Source: Mytilus trossulus (taxonomy: Eukaryota). Taken from it: DNA of 64,000 nt. Below, in pieces: positions 1-16,024 of this stretch. Position numbers and translations under genes: made by a program. Location: the NCBI RefSeq assembly GCF_036588685.1, contig NC_086381.1, forward strand, positions 27,900,001 to 27,964,000, in the 5' to 3' direction. How positions within the stretch are numbered: the stretch's first letter is position 1; every line of letters starts with the position of its first letter. The notes under the pieces are model-generated. The model was not told where the DNA came from, ran no database searches, and worked only from the letters and a program-made list of their open reading frames with translations.

Positions 1-559
1 TTTGTCTTTCTTTCTTTCTTTCTTCTTTTCTCTTCTTTATTCTTCATTTTATTAGCCGATTTGAAAAAATATACATACACCAGAATTTAACCTTTTCACG
101 GGTTATACATTTCTTCCCTCTTTTTTTGGGGGGGAGGGGGTCTAGAATCGAACTATACTTGAATATGTATTGAAACATTATATAAAAAAATATCACGAAC
201 AGATTAAATTCACACATACGTCGACAGAGAGAAAAAAGGGGGAGGGGGATTGTTTTAGGATATAAAAACAATATAACTAGAGTTTGACAATGGAGGAAAA
301 ATCAGCAATATATCTTTTACATAAAAGAATACATATGAAATAAAGAATAAAAATGTTATTTACATTCAAAAATCAGGAATCATATTGTATCCAAAGCCTT
401 GCTGGTCTTTTTTTAATAGGCTTAAATAAAAATAGTGAAAAGAAATTAAAAAAAATAAACGAATAAAAGAAAAAGGAAAGTAAAGAAAGTTGGACAGGAG
501 AAAGCTATGGTTTTCTTTTTAAGTACAACAAATGCAGATTCTTTTTGAAAAATGTTGGT

Positions 560-575
560 GGCCCTGAAAAGGGCC
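560..575 (-). terminator. H4 3' histone stem-loop (SLBP site), followed by HDE; recurs in every unit
   Basis: GGCCCTTTTCAGGGCC-ACCA then AAAAAGAATCT. Confidence 0.97.
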
Positions 576-603
576 GTTGTATTTGTATTTTTCAGCTGGC
601 TGT

Positions 604-1094
<491 letters not shown>

Positions 1095-2432
1095 ACTTCT
1101 CTGAAAATATGTGAAAATAAAATATTTCAAACTGTATACAAATAAAAATACAAAGATTATAAGAGATGGACCAAATAACTAATGATCTCCATCATCAATT
1201 AATACTTCTTATATTTTCCAATGTGAAAGAGATTTATTTCCTTTTACTTAAAATACAAGAACATATCACACTGCATACATAAGCAGGAGTTAACAATGTG
1301 CAATTGCAATATAAAAACAATTAGTTTAAAGAAAATCTTTTTATACAGTATTTTTCTTGTTCAAAAGATACAGTTTCAGAGATAGTCCACTGCAGCTCTG
1401 CAGACTTAAGAGAGTAAAAGCAAAACTAATCTACAGCATACCAGTCAGTTATTTAAGCATGGACAGATAGACTTGTAAATAAAAACAGGTGTGCATGATA
1501 ATTTTTCTCAAAATCACCTTTACCAGTTTCAATAAAGATGTCCCGGGAAATTCACATTTCAAACATGTTATTATTACATGTATACAATCAATGCTCATCT
1601 TTTAACAACTAATTAGGAATCTTTCTAAATTTAGCAGCTACTTTATACATGTAGTCATAGGTTTTTGAAATGTACACAGTGCAGCCTCACTTTTTAAATA
1701 CCACAATTGGTACATCATTGAATGAATGAATTATTGCGCCTTGTCTATTTTTCTCCACCAATGGGAAAAAAAGATTCATCCGCACACATGTTCACATCAT
1801 TTATAAGGCACATAGAGCACCCAAAATAGATGCATTTTAAGCACAAAATAAAGGTATTCAAGAAAAAGTTCTTTCTGTAACACACAATTGATGGAGACAA
1901 AGTTTTCAATGAGAATTTAAGGTGGACTACTTGGACCCGTACCGAAAATATATTTCAGAAATATAAAATAATTGAATCTTCTCATGTTGTCACAGTAGAA
2001 TACACAATATGAGTAAAAATTACATACAAAAAGCATCTAAAAAATAAGTGAGAAAATAAGACCGAGAAAAATGCAATTTAGAGAAAAATATAACCACAGA
2101 AATTAGAAAGAAATACATTTTAATAATTCTGTAATTAGAAGATGGATTGTATTGTTCTTGGAGTATGTTTTTTCTTACCTTTTTTTTTTTATTTAAATGT
2201 ATACATGTATGTTAATTTTTTCAGGAGGGTATACCAGAAAATGTATAACATTCTTGTTTTTTCCCGAAGGATTTGGAAGAATTAGATAAATAAAAAATAT
2301 GTATGTCTCTCTCTCTATTTATCCTTTTATTTATTTTCTTTGCATGTTTTGAAATAAGTTTCTCTATATTTTTCTCCTATCAATACAGTAACCTGACTTG
2401 TCTAATCTTAAGTGCAAAAAAAAAAGATAATA

Positions 2433-2488
2433 AGAAAGAAGAATAAAGAGAGATGTGGAGAGAAAGAAAAATAAAGAAAGATGTGGAG
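2433..2488. repeat. 28-bp tandem duplication downstream of H3 (each unit)
   Basis: agaaagaagaataaagagagatgtggag / agaaagaaaaataaagaaagatgtggag, 2 mismatches. Confidence 0.85.
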
Positions 2489-2554
2489 AGGGGGTTTCAG
2501 CTATTTTTGATTTTGATGTACAACATATTCAGACTCTTTTTGGAAAATATTGGT

Positions 2555-2570
2555 GGCCCTTAAAAGGGCC
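2555..2570 (-). terminator. H3 3' histone stem-loop plus HDE; recurs in every unit
   Basis: GGCCCTTTTAAGGGCC-ACCA then AAAAAGAGTCT. Confidence 0.97.
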
Positions 2571-2595
2571 GTTATTGTATAGAGTAAAGGTCAGT

Positions 2596-3254
<659 letters not shown>

Positions 3255-3924
3255 CACAATTTGTTTCTATTCTGATAGTGTCAGCGAAAATTTGACATAA
3301 GACCAAAAAAAATAATAATCAAGAGTAATGCAGAACTTAATAATAATCTTTATTCAAATAATAAATAATTGTTTAATCAACAGTCTGACACGAAATTAAT
3401 AATTGACAGGAAATGTAAATTAAAGAGCAAAATAGAAGAAGAAAAAGAGAAAAAAAAACATCATCCATCCATTTTCATCAATAGCCAGTGGTATAGAAAT
3501 GCAGCCGTTTTCTTAGTGTGTGTAGCCAGTTTCTCGTATAGACATGCTTACTATAGTACACAATTGTCACTCGTCTCAGTGTCTTAAAACAAAGAGAACA
3601 CTTTTTATCCTCTCTATAGTCTTTGTGTTCTCTCTAGCTATACAGTGTCTGTATTCTCTAGTCTCTGTATCATGTAAAGCCATGATATTCTCTATATAGT
3701 ATACTGCACGCATACTGGGAAACTTGCACATTGTTGAAGTATTCTTTATTGTTTATATACGAATTTTGCAAATACAAAGGATTTGAGCTAAAAAATAATC
3801 TACACAACTATAAACATACGCATAAGTACTTTGTATAGGAATACAAAATATATATTATATATCTAAGAGAATGTGACAGCAGAAGAGGAAGAAAAGAATT
3901 CACATAGATCACAGTTAGACAGAC

Positions 3925-3970
3925 AACGAACGAACGAACGAACGAACGAACGAACGAACGAACGAACGAA
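3925..3970. repeat. (AACG)11 microsatellite
   Basis: Direct count, 46 bp. Confidence 0.97.
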
Positions 3971-4368
3971 TATATATTATATAAAAATAAGGTCATAGAT
4001 TGTAATGTGTGTGCTTATATAGTATAATATATAGGACTGCAACTAAATTTACACCAAAAATATATGCAATATTGACCACTAACAACTATGAGTTTTTCTT
4101 CCTCTCGTGCTTGCGCATTTTCATCGAATCTACGTTTATATATAGTTGTTTATTTTCTTGGACTTTTATAGGGGAAAAAAAGAAACTCGTACTGTTCTTC
4201 ATTTTTTTTCCACATCAAATATTGTTATATATATAATAAGAAAGTAGACATCTGTATGCTGTTTATAAAGAAAAGGAAAAATAAAGAGATAAAGACAAGA
4301 GAAATGGAGGGAGTGAGCTATGTTTGAGATTGCACAACAAAGTCAGATTCTTTTTGAAAAATGTTGGT

Positions 4369-4384
4369 GGCCCTGAAAAGGGCC
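4369..4384 (-). terminator. H2A 3' histone stem-loop plus HDE; recurs in every unit
   Basis: GGCCCTTTTCAGGGCC-ACCA then AAAAAGAATCT. Confidence 0.97.
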
Positions 4385-4414
4385 GTTGTAAGTGAAGTTT
4401 CTGTAGTGTTGACT

Positions 4415-5075
<661 letters not shown>

Positions 5076-5450
5076 ATGCCACCAAAAGTTGGAACCAAAG
5101 GAGCCAAAAAGGCCGTAACAAAGGCAAAGACTGCCAGACCCGGCGGTGACAAGAAAAGGAGGAGGAAGAGGAGAGAATCCTATGCCATCTACATCTACAA
5201 AGTCTTGAGACAGGTGCACCCAGACACTGGAGTATCCTCAAAGGCTATGTCTATCATGAACAGTTTTGTCAACGATATCTTTGAGAGAATCGCTGCAGAA
5301 GCTTCCCGTCTCGCTCACTACAACAAGAGATCTACCATCACATCTCGGGAGATCCAGACTGCAGTTCGTCTGCTCCTACCCGGTGAATTGGCCAAGCACG
5401 CTGTCAGTGAAGGTACCAAAGCCGTCACAAAGTACACCAGCAGCAAGTAA
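5076..5450 (+). CDS. H2B: Histone H2B
   Basis: [12 protein letters not shown]...AVTKYTSSK, 124 aa; true ATG at 5076, downstream of TATA. Confidence 0.99.
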   Translation: MPPKVGTKGAKKAVTKAKTARPGGDKKRRRKRRESYAIYIYKVLRQVHPDTGVSSKAMSIMNSFVNDIFERIAAEASRLAHYNKRSTITSREIQTAVRLLLPGELAKHAVSEGTKAVTKYTSSK

Positions 5451-5476
5451 ACAACGAGAAGTTTAACTTCACAAAC

Positions 5477-5492
5477 GGCCCTTTTCAGGGCC
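5477..5492 (+). terminator. H2B 3' histone stem-loop plus HDE (5506-5516); recurs in every unit
   Basis: GGCCCTTTTCAGGGCC-ACCA then AAAAAGAGTCT. Confidence 0.97.
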
Positions 5493-6204
5493 ACCAATAT
5501 TTTTCAAAAAGAGTCTTATTATTGTTGTACATAACAAACTTCTAAATGAAGCTGTGTCCCACCCCAAAATGACAAATTTATTTATATCTGAATTCTGTCT
5601 TTTTGTCTTTCTTTCTTTCTTTCTTCTTTTCTCTTCTTTATTCTTCATTTTATTAGCCGATTTGAAAAAATATACATACACCAGAATTTAACCTTTTCAC
5701 GGGTTATACATTTCTTCCCTCTTTTTTTGGGGGGGAGGGGGTCTAGAATCGAACTATACTTGAATATGTATTGAAACATTATATAAAAAAATATCACGAA
5801 CAGATTAAATTCACACATACGTCGACAGAGAGAAAAAAGGGGGAGGGGGATTGTTTTAGGATATAAAAACAATATAACTAGAGTTTGACAATGGAGGAAA
5901 AATCAGCAATATATCTTTTACATAAAAGAATACATATGAAATAAAGAATAAAAATGTTATTTACATTCAAAAATCAGGAATCATATTGTATCCAAAGCCT
6001 TGCTGGTCTTTTTTTAATAGGCTTAAATAAAAATAGTGAAAAGAAATTAAAAAAAATAAACGAATAAAAGAAAAAGGAAAGTAAAGAAAGTTGGACAGGA
6101 GAAAGCTATGGTTTTCTTTTTAAGTACAACAAATGCAGATTCTTTTTGAAAAATGTTGGTGGCCCTGAAAAGGGCCGTTGTATTTGTATTTTTCAGCTGG
6201 CTGT

Positions 6205-6570
<366 letters not shown>

Positions 6571-8196
6571 CTATATATCTGATGAACGCGGCCCTAAAAG
6601 AAATACCACTGAATTTTTGATAGGTTGGACCTGATTGGTTGTTTTCGTCTAAATCGGGGAGGTAACTCTGTAGGAATTCTGTACACTTTCAATCCACTTC
6701 TCTGAAAATATGTGAAAATAAAATATTTCAAACTGTATACAAATAAAAATACAAAGATTATAAGAGATGGACCAAATAACTAATGATCTCCATCATCAAT
6801 TAATACTTCTTATATTTTCCAATGTGAAAGAGATTTATTTCCTTTTACTTAAAATACAAGAACATATCACACTGCATACATAAGCAGGAGTTAACAATGT
6901 GCAATTGCAATATAAAAACAATTAGTTTAAAGAAAATCTTTTTATACAGTATTTTTCTTGTTCAAAAGATACAGTTTCAGAGATAGTCCACTGCAGCTCT
7001 GCAGACTTAAGAGAGTAAAAGCAAAACTAATCTACAGCATACCAGTCAGTTATTTAAGCATGGACAGATAGACTTGTAAATAAAAACAGGTGTGCATGAT
7101 AATTTTTCTCAAAATCACCTTTACCAGTTTCAATAAAGATGTCCCGGGAAATTCACATTTCAAACATGTTATTATTACATGTATACAATCAATGCTCATC
7201 TTTTAACAACTAATTAGGAATCTTTCTAAATTTAGCAGCTACTTTATACATGTAGTCATAGGTTTTTGAAATGTACACAGTGCAGCCTCACTTTTTAAAT
7301 ACCACAATTGGTACATCATTGAATGAATGAATTATTGCGCCTTGTCTATTTTTCTCCACCAATGGGAAAAAAAGATTCATCCGCACACATGTTCACATCA
7401 TTTATAAGGCACATAGAGCACCCAAAATAGATGCATTTTAAGCACAAAATAAAGGTATTCAAGAAAAAGTTCTTTCTGTAACACACAATTGATGGAGACA
7501 AAGTTTTCAATGAGAATTTAAGGTGGACTACTTGGACCCGTACCGAAAATATATTTCAGAAATATAAAATAATTGAATCTTCTCATGTTGTCACAGTAGA
7601 ATACACAATATGAGTAAAAATTACATACAAAAAGCATCTAAAAAATAAGTGAGAAAATAAGACCGAGAAAAATGCAATTTAGAGAAAAATATAACCACAG
7701 AAATTAGAAAGAAATACATTTTAATAATTCTGTAATTAGAAGATGGATTGTATTGTTCTTGGAGTATGTTTTTTCTTACCTTTTTTTTTTTATTTAAATG
7801 TATACATGTATGTTAATTTTTTCAGGAGGGTATACCAGAAAATGTATAACATTCTTGTTTTTTCCCGAAGGATTTGGAAGAATTAGATAAATAAAAAATA
7901 TGTATGTCTCTCTCTCTATTTATCCTTTTATTTATTTTCTTTGCATGTTTTGAAATAAGTTTCTCTATATTTTTCTCCTATCAATACAGTAACCTGACTT
8001 GTCTAATCTTAAGTGCAAAAAAAAAAGATAATAAGAAAGAAGAATAAAGAGAGATGTGGAGAGAAAGAAAAATAAAGAAAGATGTGGAGAGGGGGTTTCA
8101 GCTATTTTTGATTTTGATGTACAACATATTCAGACTCTTTTTGGAAAATATTGGTGGCCCTTAAAAGGGCCGTTATTGTATAGAGTAAAGGTCAGT

Positions 8197-8682
<486 letters not shown>

Positions 8683-9525
8683 CTAGCCGCAATGTTTGCA
8701 AACACGACACTGATTGGCCTTTCGGGGTAATAAAACTCACGTTGATTGGTTGAAATCTCTGTATTATGATTGGACTGATCTGGAAGTTACTTTCACAGCT
8801 TTCGATCCCTTTTTGGACTGAAGCTAAAGATTGTTCACCCCAAGCTAACAATTGGCACAATTTGTTTCTATTCTGATAGTGTCAGCGAAAATTTGACATA
8901 AGACCAAAAAAAATAATAATCAAGAGTAATGCAGAACTTAATAATAATCTTTATTCAAATAATAAATAATTGTTTAATCAACAGTCTGACACGAAATTAA
9001 TAATTGACAGGAAATGTAAATTAAAGAGCAAAATAGAAGAAGAAAAAGAGAAAAAAAAACATCATCCATCCATTTTCATCAATAGCCAGTGGTATAGAAA
9101 TGCAGCCGTTTTCTTAGTGTGTGTAGCCAGTTTCTCGTATAGACATGCTTACTATAGTACACAATTGTCACTCGTCTCAGTGTCTTAAAACAAAGAGAAC
9201 ACTTTTTATCCTCTCTATAGTCTTTGTGTTCTCTCTAGCTATACAGTGTCTGTATTCTCTAGTCTCTGTATCATGTAAAGCCATGATATTCTCTATATAG
9301 TATACTGCACGCATACTGGGAAACTTGCACATTGTTGAAGTATTCTTTATTGTTTATATACGAATTTTGCAAATACAAAGGATTTGAGCTAAAAAATAAT
9401 CTACACAACTATAAACATACGCATAAGTACTTTGTATAGGAATACAAAATATATATTATATATCTAAGAGAATGTGACAGCAGAAGAGGAAGAAAAGAAT
9501 TCACATAGATCACAGTTAGACAGAC

Positions 9526-9583
9526 AACGAACGAACGAACGAACGAACGAACGAACGAACGAACGAACGAACGAACGAACGAA
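9526..9583. repeat. (AACG)14 microsatellite
   Basis: 58 bp. Confidence 0.97.
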
Positions 9584-10027
9584 TATATATTATATAAAAA
9601 TAAGGTCATAGATTGTAATGTGTGTGCTTATATAGTATAATATATAGGACTGCAACTAAATTTACACCAAAAATATATGCAATATTGACCACTAACAACT
9701 ATGAGTTTTTCTTCCTCTCGTGCTTGCGCATTTTCATCGAATCTACGTTTATATATAGTTGTTTATTTTCTTGGACTTTTATAGGGGAAAAAAAGAAACT
9801 CGTACTGTTCTTCATTTTTTTTCCACATCAAATATTGTTATATATATAATAAGAAAGTAGACATCTGTATGCTGTTTATAAAGAAAAGGAAAAATAAAGA
9901 GATAAAGACAAGAGAAATGGAGGGAGTGAGCTATGTTTGAGATTGCACAACAAAGTCAGATTCTTTTTGAAAAATGTTGGTGGCCCTGAAAAGGGCCGTT
10001 GTAAGTGAAGTTTCTGTAGTGTTGACT

Positions 10028-10411
<384 letters not shown>

Positions 10412-10688
10412 TTAATACGTTGTTTGACTTGAACAAGTATAAACAATGATTACCCCGTTAGGTGGTATTTTACTATTTATACCCGCAAAACGGATTGAAA
10501 GATGTTTCAGTTCTAAACCAATCAAATCATCGCTTCTTCCAGGTAGTTAGGTTGAATGTTAGAAGGTGCTCTCTCCGAAGTTCGCGTTAAGTAAAAACTT
10601 TCAATCCGTTTTGCCGAGTATAAATAGAAATTTTTATTTACGGCCATCATTCACTGATTACATTTCAGAGAGTATACATCTGTCAAAA

Positions 10689-11063
10689 ATGCCACCAAAA
10701 GTTGGAACCAAAGGAGCCAAAAAGGCCGTAACAAAGGCAAAGACTGCCAGACCCGGCGGTGACAAGAAAAGGAGGAGGAAGAGGAGAGAATCCTATGCCA
10801 TCTACATCTACAAAGTCTTGAGACAGGTGCACCCAGACACTGGAGTATCCTCAAAGGCTATGTCTATCATGAACAGTTTTGTCAACGATATCTTTGAGAG
10901 AATCGCTGCAGAAGCTTCCCGTCTCGCTCACTACAACAAGAGATCTACCATCACATCTCGGGAGATCCAGACTGCAGTTCGTCTGCTCCTACCCGGTGAA
11001 TTGGCCAAGCACGCTGTCAGTGAAGGTACCAAAGCCGTCACAAAGTACACCAGCAGCAAGTAA
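10689..11063 (+). CDS. H2B: Histone H2B
   Basis: Same protein as first copy. Confidence 0.99.
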   Translation: MPPKVGTKGAKKAVTKAKTARPGGDKKRRRKRRESYAIYIYKVLRQVHPDTGVSSKAMSIMNSFVNDIFERIAAEASRLAHYNKRSTITSREIQTAVRLLLPGELAKHAVSEGTKAVTKYTSSK

Positions 11064-11817
11064 ACAACGAGAAGTTTAACTTCACAAACGGCCCTTTTCA
11101 GGGCCACCAATATTTTTCAAAAAGAGTCTTATTATTGTTGTACATAACAAACTTCTAAATGAAGCTGTGTCCCACCCCAAAATGACAAATTTATTTATAT
11201 CTGAATTCTGTCTTTTTGTCTTTCTTTCTTTCTTTCTTCTTTTCTCTTCTTTATTCTTCATTTTATTAGCCGATTTGAAAAAATATACATACACCAGAAT
11301 TTAACCTTTTCACGGGTTATACATTTCTTCCCTCTTTTTTTGGGGGGGAGGGGGTCTAGAATCGAACTATACTTGAATATGTATTGAAACATTATATAAA
11401 AAAATATCACGAACAGATTAAATTCACACATACGTCGACAGAGAGAAAAAAGGGGGAGGGGGATTGTTTTAGGATATAAAAACAATATAACTAGAGTTTG
11501 ACAATGGAGGAAAAATCAGCAATATATCTTTTACATAAAAGAATACATATGAAATAAAGAATAAAAATGTTATTTACATTCAAAAATCAGGAATCATATT
11601 GTATCCAAAGCCTTGCTGGTCTTTTTTTAATAGGCTTAAATAAAAATAGTGAAAAGAAATTAAAAAAAATAAACGAATAAAAGAAAAAGGAAAGTAAAGA
11701 AAGTTGGACAGGAGAAAGCTATGGTTTTCTTTTTAAGTACAACAAATGCAGATTCTTTTTGAAAAATGTTGGTGGCCCTGAAAAGGGCCGTTGTATTTGT
11801 ATTTTTCAGCTGGCTGT

Positions 11818-12183
<366 letters not shown>

Positions 12184-13809
12184 CTATATATCTGATGAAC
12201 GCGGCCCTAAAAGAAATACCACTGAATTTTTGATAGGTTGGACCTGATTGGTTGTTTTCGTCTAAATCGGGGAGGTAACTCTGTAGGAATTCTGTACACT
12301 TTCAATCCACTTCTCTGAAAATATGTGAAAATAAAATATTTCAAACTGTATACAAATAAAAATACAAAGATTATAAGAGATGGACCAAATAACTAATGAT
12401 CTCCATCATCAATTAATACTTCTTATATTTTCCAATGTGAAAGAGATTTATTTCCTTTTACTTAAAATACAAGAACATATCACACTGCATACATAAGCAG
12501 GAGTTAACAATGTGCAATTGCAATATAAAAACAATTAGTTTAAAGAAAATCTTTTTATACAGTATTTTTCTTGTTCAAAAGATACAGTTTCAGAGATAGT
12601 CCACTGCAGCTCTGCAGACTTAAGAGAGTAAAAGCAAAACTAATCTACAGCATACCAGTCAGTTATTTAAGCATGGACAGATAGACTTGTAAATAAAAAC
12701 AGGTGTGCATGATAATTTTTCTCAAAATCACCTTTACCAGTTTCAATAAAGATGTCCCGGGAAATTCACATTTCAAACATGTTATTATTACATGTATACA
12801 ATCAATGCTCATCTTTTAACAACTAATTAGGAATCTTTCTAAATTTAGCAGCTACTTTATACATGTAGTCATAGGTTTTTGAAATGTACACAGTGCAGCC
12901 TCACTTTTTAAATACCACAATTGGTACATCATTGAATGAATGAATTATTGCGCCTTGTCTATTTTTCTCCACCAATGGGAAAAAAAGATTCATCCGCACA
13001 CATGTTCACATCATTTATAAGGCACATAGAGCACCCAAAATAGATGCATTTTAAGCACAAAATAAAGGTATTCAAGAAAAAGTTCTTTCTGTAACACACA
13101 ATTGATGGAGACAAAGTTTTCAATGAGAATTTAAGGTGGACTACTTGGACCCGTACCGAAAATATATTTCAGAAATATAAAATAATTGAATCTTCTCATG
13201 TTGTCACAGTAGAATACACAATATGAGTAAAAATTACATACAAAAAGCATCTAAAAAATAAGTGAGAAAATAAGACCGAGAAAAATGCAATTTAGAGAAA
13301 AATATAACCACAGAAATTAGAAAGAAATACATTTTAATAATTCTGTAATTAGAAGATGGATTGTATTGTTCTTGGAGTATGTTTTTTCTTACCTTTTTTT
13401 TTTTATTTAAATGTATACATGTATGTTAATTTTTTCAGGAGGGTATACCAGAAAATGTATAACATTCTTGTTTTTTCCCGAAGGATTTGGAAGAATTAGA
13501 TAAATAAAAAATATGTATGTCTCTCTCTCTATTTATCCTTTTATTTATTTTCTTTGCATGTTTTGAAATAAGTTTCTCTATATTTTTCTCCTATCAATAC
13601 AGTAACCTGACTTGTCTAATCTTAAGTGCAAAAAAAAAAGATAATAAGAAAGAAGAATAAAGAGAGATGTGGAGAGAAAGAAAAATAAAGAAAGATGTGG
13701 AGAGGGGGTTTCAGCTATTTTTGATTTTGATGTACAACATATTCAGACTCTTTTTGGAAAATATTGGTGGCCCTTAAAAGGGCCGTTATTGTATAGAGTA
13801 AAGGTCAGT

Positions 13810-14295
<486 letters not shown>

Positions 14296-15138
14296 CTAGC
14301 CGCAATGTTTGCAAACACGACACTGATTGGCCTTTCGGGGTAATAAAACTCACGTTGATTGGTTGAAATCTCTGTATTATGATTGGACTGATCTGGAAGT
14401 TACTTTCACAGCTTTCGATCCCTTTTTGGACTGAAGCTAAAGATTGTTCACCCCAAGCTAACAATTGGCACAATTTGTTTCTATTCTGATAGTGTCAGCG
14501 AAAATTTGACATAAGACCAAAAAAAATAATAATCAAGAGTAATGCAGAACTTAATAATAATCTTTATTCAAATAATAAATAATTGTTTAATCAACAGTCT
14601 GACACGAAATTAATAATTGACAGGAAATGTAAATTAAAGAGCAAAATAGAAGAAGAAAAAGAGAAAAAAAAACATCATCCATCCATTTTCATCAATAGCC
14701 AGTGGTATAGAAATGCAGCCGTTTTCTTAGTGTGTGTAGCCAGTTTCTCGTATAGACATGCTTACTATAGTACACAATTGTCACTCGTCTCAGTGTCTTA
14801 AAACAAAGAGAACACTTTTTATCCTCTCTATAGTCTTTGTGTTCTCTCTAGCTATACAGTGTCTGTATTCTCTAGTCTCTGTATCATGTAAAGCCATGAT
14901 ATTCTCTATATAGTATACTGCACGCATACTGGGAAACTTGCACATTGTTGAAGTATTCTTTATTGTTTATATACGAATTTTGCAAATACAAAGGATTTGA
15001 GCTAAAAAATAATCTACACAACTATAAACATACGCATAAGTACTTTGTATAGGAATACAAAATATATATTATATATCTAAGAGAATGTGACAGCAGAAGA
15101 GGAAGAAAAGAATTCACATAGATCACAGTTAGACAGAC

Positions 15139-15196
15139 AACGAACGAACGAACGAACGAACGAACGAACGAACGAACGAACGAACGAACGAACGAA
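15139..15196. repeat. (AACG)14 microsatellite
   Basis: 58 bp. Confidence 0.97.
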
Positions 15197-15640
15197 TATA
15201 TATTATATAAAAATAAGGTCATAGATTGTAATGTGTGTGCTTATATAGTATAATATATAGGACTGCAACTAAATTTACACCAAAAATATATGCAATATTG
15301 ACCACTAACAACTATGAGTTTTTCTTCCTCTCGTGCTTGCGCATTTTCATCGAATCTACGTTTATATATAGTTGTTTATTTTCTTGGACTTTTATAGGGG
15401 AAAAAAAGAAACTCGTACTGTTCTTCATTTTTTTTCCACATCAAATATTGTTATATATATAATAAGAAAGTAGACATCTGTATGCTGTTTATAAAGAAAA
15501 GGAAAAATAAAGAGATAAAGACAAGAGAAATGGAGGGAGTGAGCTATGTTTGAGATTGCACAACAAAGTCAGATTCTTTTTGAAAAATGTTGGTGGCCCT
15601 GAAAAGGGCCGTTGTAAGTGAAGTTTCTGTAGTGTTGACT

Positions 15641-16024
<384 letters not shown>

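Noticed and set aside
1453-1551. Minus-strand stretch ISRDIFIETGKGDFEKNYHAHLFLF with an HUH-like motif
   Set aside because: Only 32 codons between stops, no start codon and no other Rep motifs; likely chance unless a profile search hits
1928-1935. TACTTGGA resembling 5S rRNA box C
   Set aside because: No box A or any other 5S similarity around it
3369-4236. Short spacer ORFs, including the (SFVR)n peptide
   Set aside because: Low-complexity AT-rich or microsatellite translations with no recognisable domain; frame lost in the 15-repeat unit
5555-5580. Minus-strand AAATTTGTCATTTTGGGGTGGGAC resembling a U7 Sm-site region
   Set aside because: No HDE-complementary 5' segment and no convincing 3' hairpin; it is the antisense of the H2B flank
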